A stretch of DNA of 20,013 nucleotides from a bacterium (GTDB lineage: Bacteria; Zhuqueibacterota; Zhuqueibacteria; Oceanimicrobiales; Oceanimicrobiaceae), in NCBI GenBank assembly GCA_046757025.1, contig JBHHXN010000093.1:1-20013 (forward strand), written 5' to 3'. The translations under genes were made by a program, and so were the position numbers. Position 1 is the first letter of the stretch. Each line of letters opens with the position of its first letter. Under the pieces are notes generated by a model, which worked only from the letters and a program-made list of their open reading frames with translations, was not told where the DNA came from and made no database searches. Shown one piece after another: positions 16,524 to 20,013 of the stretch.

Positions 16524-17315
16524 TCAAATATTGAGTAAACCAAAAATCTTAACCCCGAGTACGGATAATTCCCGGCGAAACGCTTCAACCCCTTTCCAAT
16601 TGTCCACATCGGTGAGGGTTAACAAAACAACGGGCTCGAGATATTTGGTTAAAAGAAACGTATCTACAAAATTATTGTAAGCGGGTGTGTTGATCAAAAG
16701 AATGTCGAATTGCGTTTTCAAGGAATCCATCAAACTGATAAAATCATCCGCCATGAAAAGACTCACCGGATCAGCCGCAGGCGACCCGCAAGGCAACCAA
16801 TGCAGATTCTCCTGAGGTGTGTGTGCGATTAATGCATCAACTGATTTGTTTTGCATTAAATATTCGGACAGCCCGGTTTTGGGGCGTAATTCAAAATAAC
16901 GATTAAGGTGCGACGATCGCAGATCACAGTCCACCACCAGCACATCCAGAGAAGATTGTTCTGCCATCATTTTTGAGAATTGAAATAGGGCTCGAGAACA
17001 GTAATCAAAATCGTCCAGTGCATTAAACAGAACAACATTCGGACCCTGGTTTTCCACAAAACTGAGAATTCGAGGTTTTAAATAATTCAGATCAGAGACA
17101 AAATCTTCCTGATAAAATCGCTTACTGGCAACCGCGGGAGGCCCCTCGTCCGTGGGTGAAATAGCATCCACAATAATGGCAAGATGTTCTTTACTCATTT
17201 CCTGAAACAGCGTCAGGAACTCGATATCCGAGTAGGGATCCGGAGAGGGCTCCGCCACCGGCTGCGCGTTTCGAACGGATAATTTGGTTGTGGTAGAAGG
17301 GAGCGTCTTAATCAT
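16524..17315 (-). CDS. CpsD/CapB-like BY-kinase domain protein with degenerate catalytic motifs
   Basis: VLVVDCDLR (Walker A'), GLSEYL, NLHWLPCG...P, LKTQFDILLINTP. Walker A GK[ST] is absent. Confidence 0.75.
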   Translation of the reverse strand: MIKTLPSTTTKLSVRNAQPVAEPSPDPYSDIEFLTLFQEMSKEHLAIIVDAISPTDEGPPAVASKRFYQEDFVSDLNYLKPRILSFVENQGPNVVLFNALDDFDYCSRALFQFSKMMAEQSSLDVLVVDCDLRSSHLNRYFELRPKTGLSEYLMQNKSVDALIAHTPQENLHWLPCGSPAADPVSLFMADDFISLMDSLKTQFDILLINTPAYNNFVDTFLLTKYLEPVVLLTLTDVDNWKGVEAFRRELSVLGVKIFGLLNI

Positions 17316-17316
17316 G

Positions 17317-17958
17317 TTAAATTTGCCGGCCTTTTTTTTGTTTTGATAAAGGAGATTTTAAAATAATCACCACATCATACGGGGCTAATTTAAATTGTTG
17401 AATGGAGCGGTTTTGTTTGCCGTTTTTCTTCAGCACAAAATTAAAAGTCTTCATTCGACGGCCCATGCGGTTCCGAAATATCGTGACTTTGTATTCATTT
17501 GATTTGTCTTTCAATCCGCCAGCCAGAAGGATACCCTGCACGATGGAGAGGTCTTCTCTAAAATTAACCATACCAGGAAACACCAGATCCCCCCCGAAAA
17601 ATATTTTAAATTCCGTGGATTCCTGAATTTTGATCTCGACGTTTGGTTTGGCCAGCAGCTCTGCGTATCTTTCATAAAGCAAGGCTGTGAGCGCCTCACG
17701 AGTCATGTTGATGACCTTGAGCTTACCCAACGCCCGCAAGGAAATGCGGCCATCCTCATGTACTACCACCGTTTGATCAAATTCGGGATAGAAAATCAGT
17801 GTGATTTCAAGAATGTCACCCGGACGTAATTTGTACGGGCTGCCTTTGGAATATTTTGAAGGCATGGAGCGTGTAACCTGACCAGCGCAGGCGGAGAGAA
17901 TCAAAGTAAAGATCAAAAAAATCTGAATTGAAATGAAGGTTTTGTTCAAATAAGTCAT
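17317..17958 (-). CDS. Polysaccharide export (OPX/Wza-like) lipoprotein, short form
   Basis: Lipobox LSAC; YKLRPGDILEI...V..DGRISL..LG Poly_export domain; SLBB domain (PG...AGGL...LAPYDVV). Confidence 0.85.
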   Translation of the reverse strand: MTYLNKTFISIQIFLIFTLILSACAGQVTRSMPSKYSKGSPYKLRPGDILEITLIFYPEFDQTVVVHEDGRISLRALGKLKVINMTREALTALLYERYAELLAKPNVEIKIQESTEFKIFFGGDLVFPGMVNFREDLSIVQGILLAGGLKDKSNEYKVTIFRNRMGRRMKTFNFVLKKNGKQNRSIQQFKLAPYDVVIILKSPLSKQKKGRQI

Positions 17959-17998
17959 TTACACCTTGTTGTTAATTTGGAAAGGTACCCCACTCTTA

Positions 17999-18014
17999 AG
18001 CAAGGGCTATGCCA
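17999..18014 (-). promoter_or_regulatory. Sigma54 (-24/-12) promoter for the OPX gene
   Basis: Minus strand TGGCATAGCCCTTGCT, i.e. GG-N10-GC and close to consensus TGGCAC-N5-TTGCW. About 40 bp upstream of ATG 17958. Confidence 0.75.
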
Positions 18015-18218
18015 CTAAATTCATCGATAGTTTATTTTGAGCTACGATTTTGTATTTGTTAGATTTGTGTTTCCTGATCTTAGGAAGAAGTGAAGCGGTA
18101 ATTCGAAGAAGATCGTCAAACTCAGGGATTTTGTTTCAAACAGTCACATGACATGTTTGTCAATTGTTAAATTGCCTGATTGGACAAGGGTGAGAAGAAA
18201 TTGCTTGGAATGAGTGGA

Positions 18219-19400
18219 TCAGCGGGGTCGGGATTTTTCCAGCAGTGCGGCGCGTTTCACCACGTTTTCACCGAATTTATCTTTCAGAGAATCCAGCAGC
18301 CGGGTCACTTTCTGGTTCACCATCGAATCCTGATCAAACAAACCAAGTTGTTCACCGGCAACCGAATTCAGTTGGGAAACGCCGATGCCCAGCAGCCGGA
18401 CTTTTTTATTTTGCTTGTTGAATTTTCGGTACAAGTCGATAGCCACCGCTTTGATGATTTCTGTGGAATCCACAAAACCGGAAACCGACTGGCTGCGCGT
18501 AAAAGTGGAAAAATCCTCCAGACGAATTTTCAACGTGATGGTGCGGCCTTTGAGGTGGTGGGTCCGCATCAGCCGGGTTAGGGCGTCGGCCAATTTAAAC
18601 AGCGTGCGTTCGATGAACTCCTCGTCGCCGGTATCGGTGTCGAACGTCCTTTCCTGGCTGATGGATTTCTGAGCCGCCCACGGACTCACCGGTCGCTCAT
18701 CGATGCCGTTGGACAAACGCCACAAAGCGCTGCCCCACTTGCCAAATCTCTTGCCGAGCTCTGTTTGCGGCATCCTGGCAATTTGTCCGATGGTGGCGAT
18801 ACCCAGCTTTTTTAACGCCTGCTCGGTCTTCTTACCCACTCCCCACAGTCTCGAAATCGGCAAATCCTCCAGAAACGACTTTTCTTCGCCGGGCCTGACC
18901 ACTACGAACCCGTCCGGCTTTTGTAGATCCGAGGCGATCTTTGCCAGAAATTTGTTGGGTGCAATGCCCACCGACGCGGTCAGGTGCAGCTCGTTTTGAA
19001 TGCGCTGCTTGATTTCACGGCCGATTTTTTCAGCGCTGCCAAATAATTTCAGACTCTCGGTCAAGTCCAGAAACGCCTCATCAATGCTGATCTTTTCGAT
19101 GACCGGCGAGAAGTCCTGCAAAATCGCCATCACCTGTTTGGAGACTTCGGAATAGCGTCCTCTTTTACCGCGCAGATAAATGCCGTGCGGACAACGTTTG
19201 TAAGCCTGGGAAATGGGCATGGCCGAATGGATACCGTATTTGCGCGCTTCATAACTGGCGGTGGCTACCACGCCGCGGCCTTTACCTTGTTTGGGGTCCG
19301 AGCCTACGATCACCGGTTTGCCACGATACTGCGGATTATCCAACTGCTCCACCGCGGCAAAAAAAGCGTCCATGTCGAGATGTAAAATCGTTCGGCTCAT
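18219..19400 (-). CDS. dinB: DNA polymerase IV (Y family)
   Basis: ILHLDMDAFFAAVEQ, RGVVATASYEAR, SIDEAFLD, NKFLAKIASD.KPDG, LWGVG, KSISQERTF, RLLGIG. QLGLF clamp-binding motif. Confidence 0.96.
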   Translation of the reverse strand: MSRTILHLDMDAFFAAVEQLDNPQYRGKPVIVGSDPKQGKGRGVVATASYEARKYGIHSAMPISQAYKRCPHGIYLRGKRGRYSEVSKQVMAILQDFSPVIEKISIDEAFLDLTESLKLFGSAEKIGREIKQRIQNELHLTASVGIAPNKFLAKIASDLQKPDGFVVVRPGEEKSFLEDLPISRLWGVGKKTEQALKKLGIATIGQIARMPQTELGKRFGKWGSALWRLSNGIDERPVSPWAAQKSISQERTFDTDTGDEEFIERTLFKLADALTRLMRTHHLKGRTITLKIRLEDFSTFTRSQSVSGFVDSTEIIKAVAIDLYRKFNKQNKKVRLLGIGVSQLNSVAGEQLGLFDQDSMVNQKVTRLLDSLKDKFGENVVKRAALLEKSRPR

Positions 19401-19480
19401 GGTTGCGGTAATGGTTGATTGCCGATTTCGCCGATCACTAATTCACTCATTTTACAGGATTTTATTTCTCGATGGAATTA

Positions 19481-19599
19481 ATAACCCTGTTGATTTATAA
19501 CCCTGTCAGGGTTGGAGGCTTCAATAAATTCCTATATATATAGTATTTCTTGGAAGTTCAGTTTCTATTTGTCGAACCCTTATCAACCCTGACTTGGTT
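19481..19599. repeat. Degenerate REP-like element upstream of dinB
   Basis: Direct repeat ATAACCCTGT (19481, 19497). Palindrome AACCCT-GTC-AGGGTT (19499-19513). Inverted partner CAACCCTGAC (19584-19593) of GTCAGGGTTG (19505-19514). Confidence 0.55.
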
Positions 19600-20013
19600 C
19601 TTAAACAAAGTCATTGATTCACCTTCTTATGATAATTAAAACTGAAACTAAAAACAACTTCTTTCTTGTGATTAGATCGAATATTACTTAATTTTAAGCA
19701 GATAAACATATTTATCACATTTTATTTCGTGGGGCGCATAAGGTGTATTTGTTACTGGACACCGTTTCAGTCAGGTCTGATTCCTCCATGCTGCAAACTA
19801 ACCAACAGTTTGACGTGACACGGCAGCAAACTTTATCGCAATTAAAAAAATATTTAACTGAACACCCCCTACAGCCCAACGTGCGGGTCATCCACGGGAG
19901 CCGTTATGTGTGCATACAATTACCAATTCATTTCTCGTTTTAATAGTTGGCGCAATTATAAAAAACTTATATTTTTTTCTCATTATAGTATTACTTCTGA
20001 ACTTTTGCATTTT

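Noticed and set aside
19401..19620. LexA/SOS box upstream of dinB
   Set aside because: GTTC and GAAC half-sites occur but not with a spacing matching any LexA box I can recognise.
19743..19943. 66-aa plus-strand ORF near the right edge
   Set aside because: GTG start without a well-spaced RBS, no recognisable domain and an in-frame stop shortly upstream; cannot be supported.

Overview
Bacterial chromosomal window with an AT-rich accessory left end (about 1-2460) followed by housekeeping, lipid and envelope genes. Gene content and signal-peptide style suggest an FCB-group lineage such as KSB1/Calditrichota; this is inference only. The left end holds the last part of an integron cassette array: two attC sites of about 130 bp (215-344, 1481-1609) flank one cassette carrying a YaaC-like gene split by a single-base frameshift. 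No integrase is in the window. After it come a decayed small-protein/nucleotidyltransferase pair and REP-like palindromes. The central highlight is a compact candidate ceramide biosynthesis locus: a CerR-like reductase (-) divergent from serine palmitoyltransferase and a GNAT-type bacterial ceramide synthase (+). Also present are an ICMT/PEMT-family methyltransferase, an M2 (ACE-like) lipoprotein peptidase, a signal-peptide-bearing BlaI-like wHTH protein, a manC-hypothetical-PTS IIA-Zn ribbon operon, a geranylgeranyl-reductase-family enzyme, trxA, a CslA-like GT2, a sigma54-preceded OPX lipoprotein plus degenerate BY-kinase pair, and dinB. All calls come from motif reading; no database searches were run.
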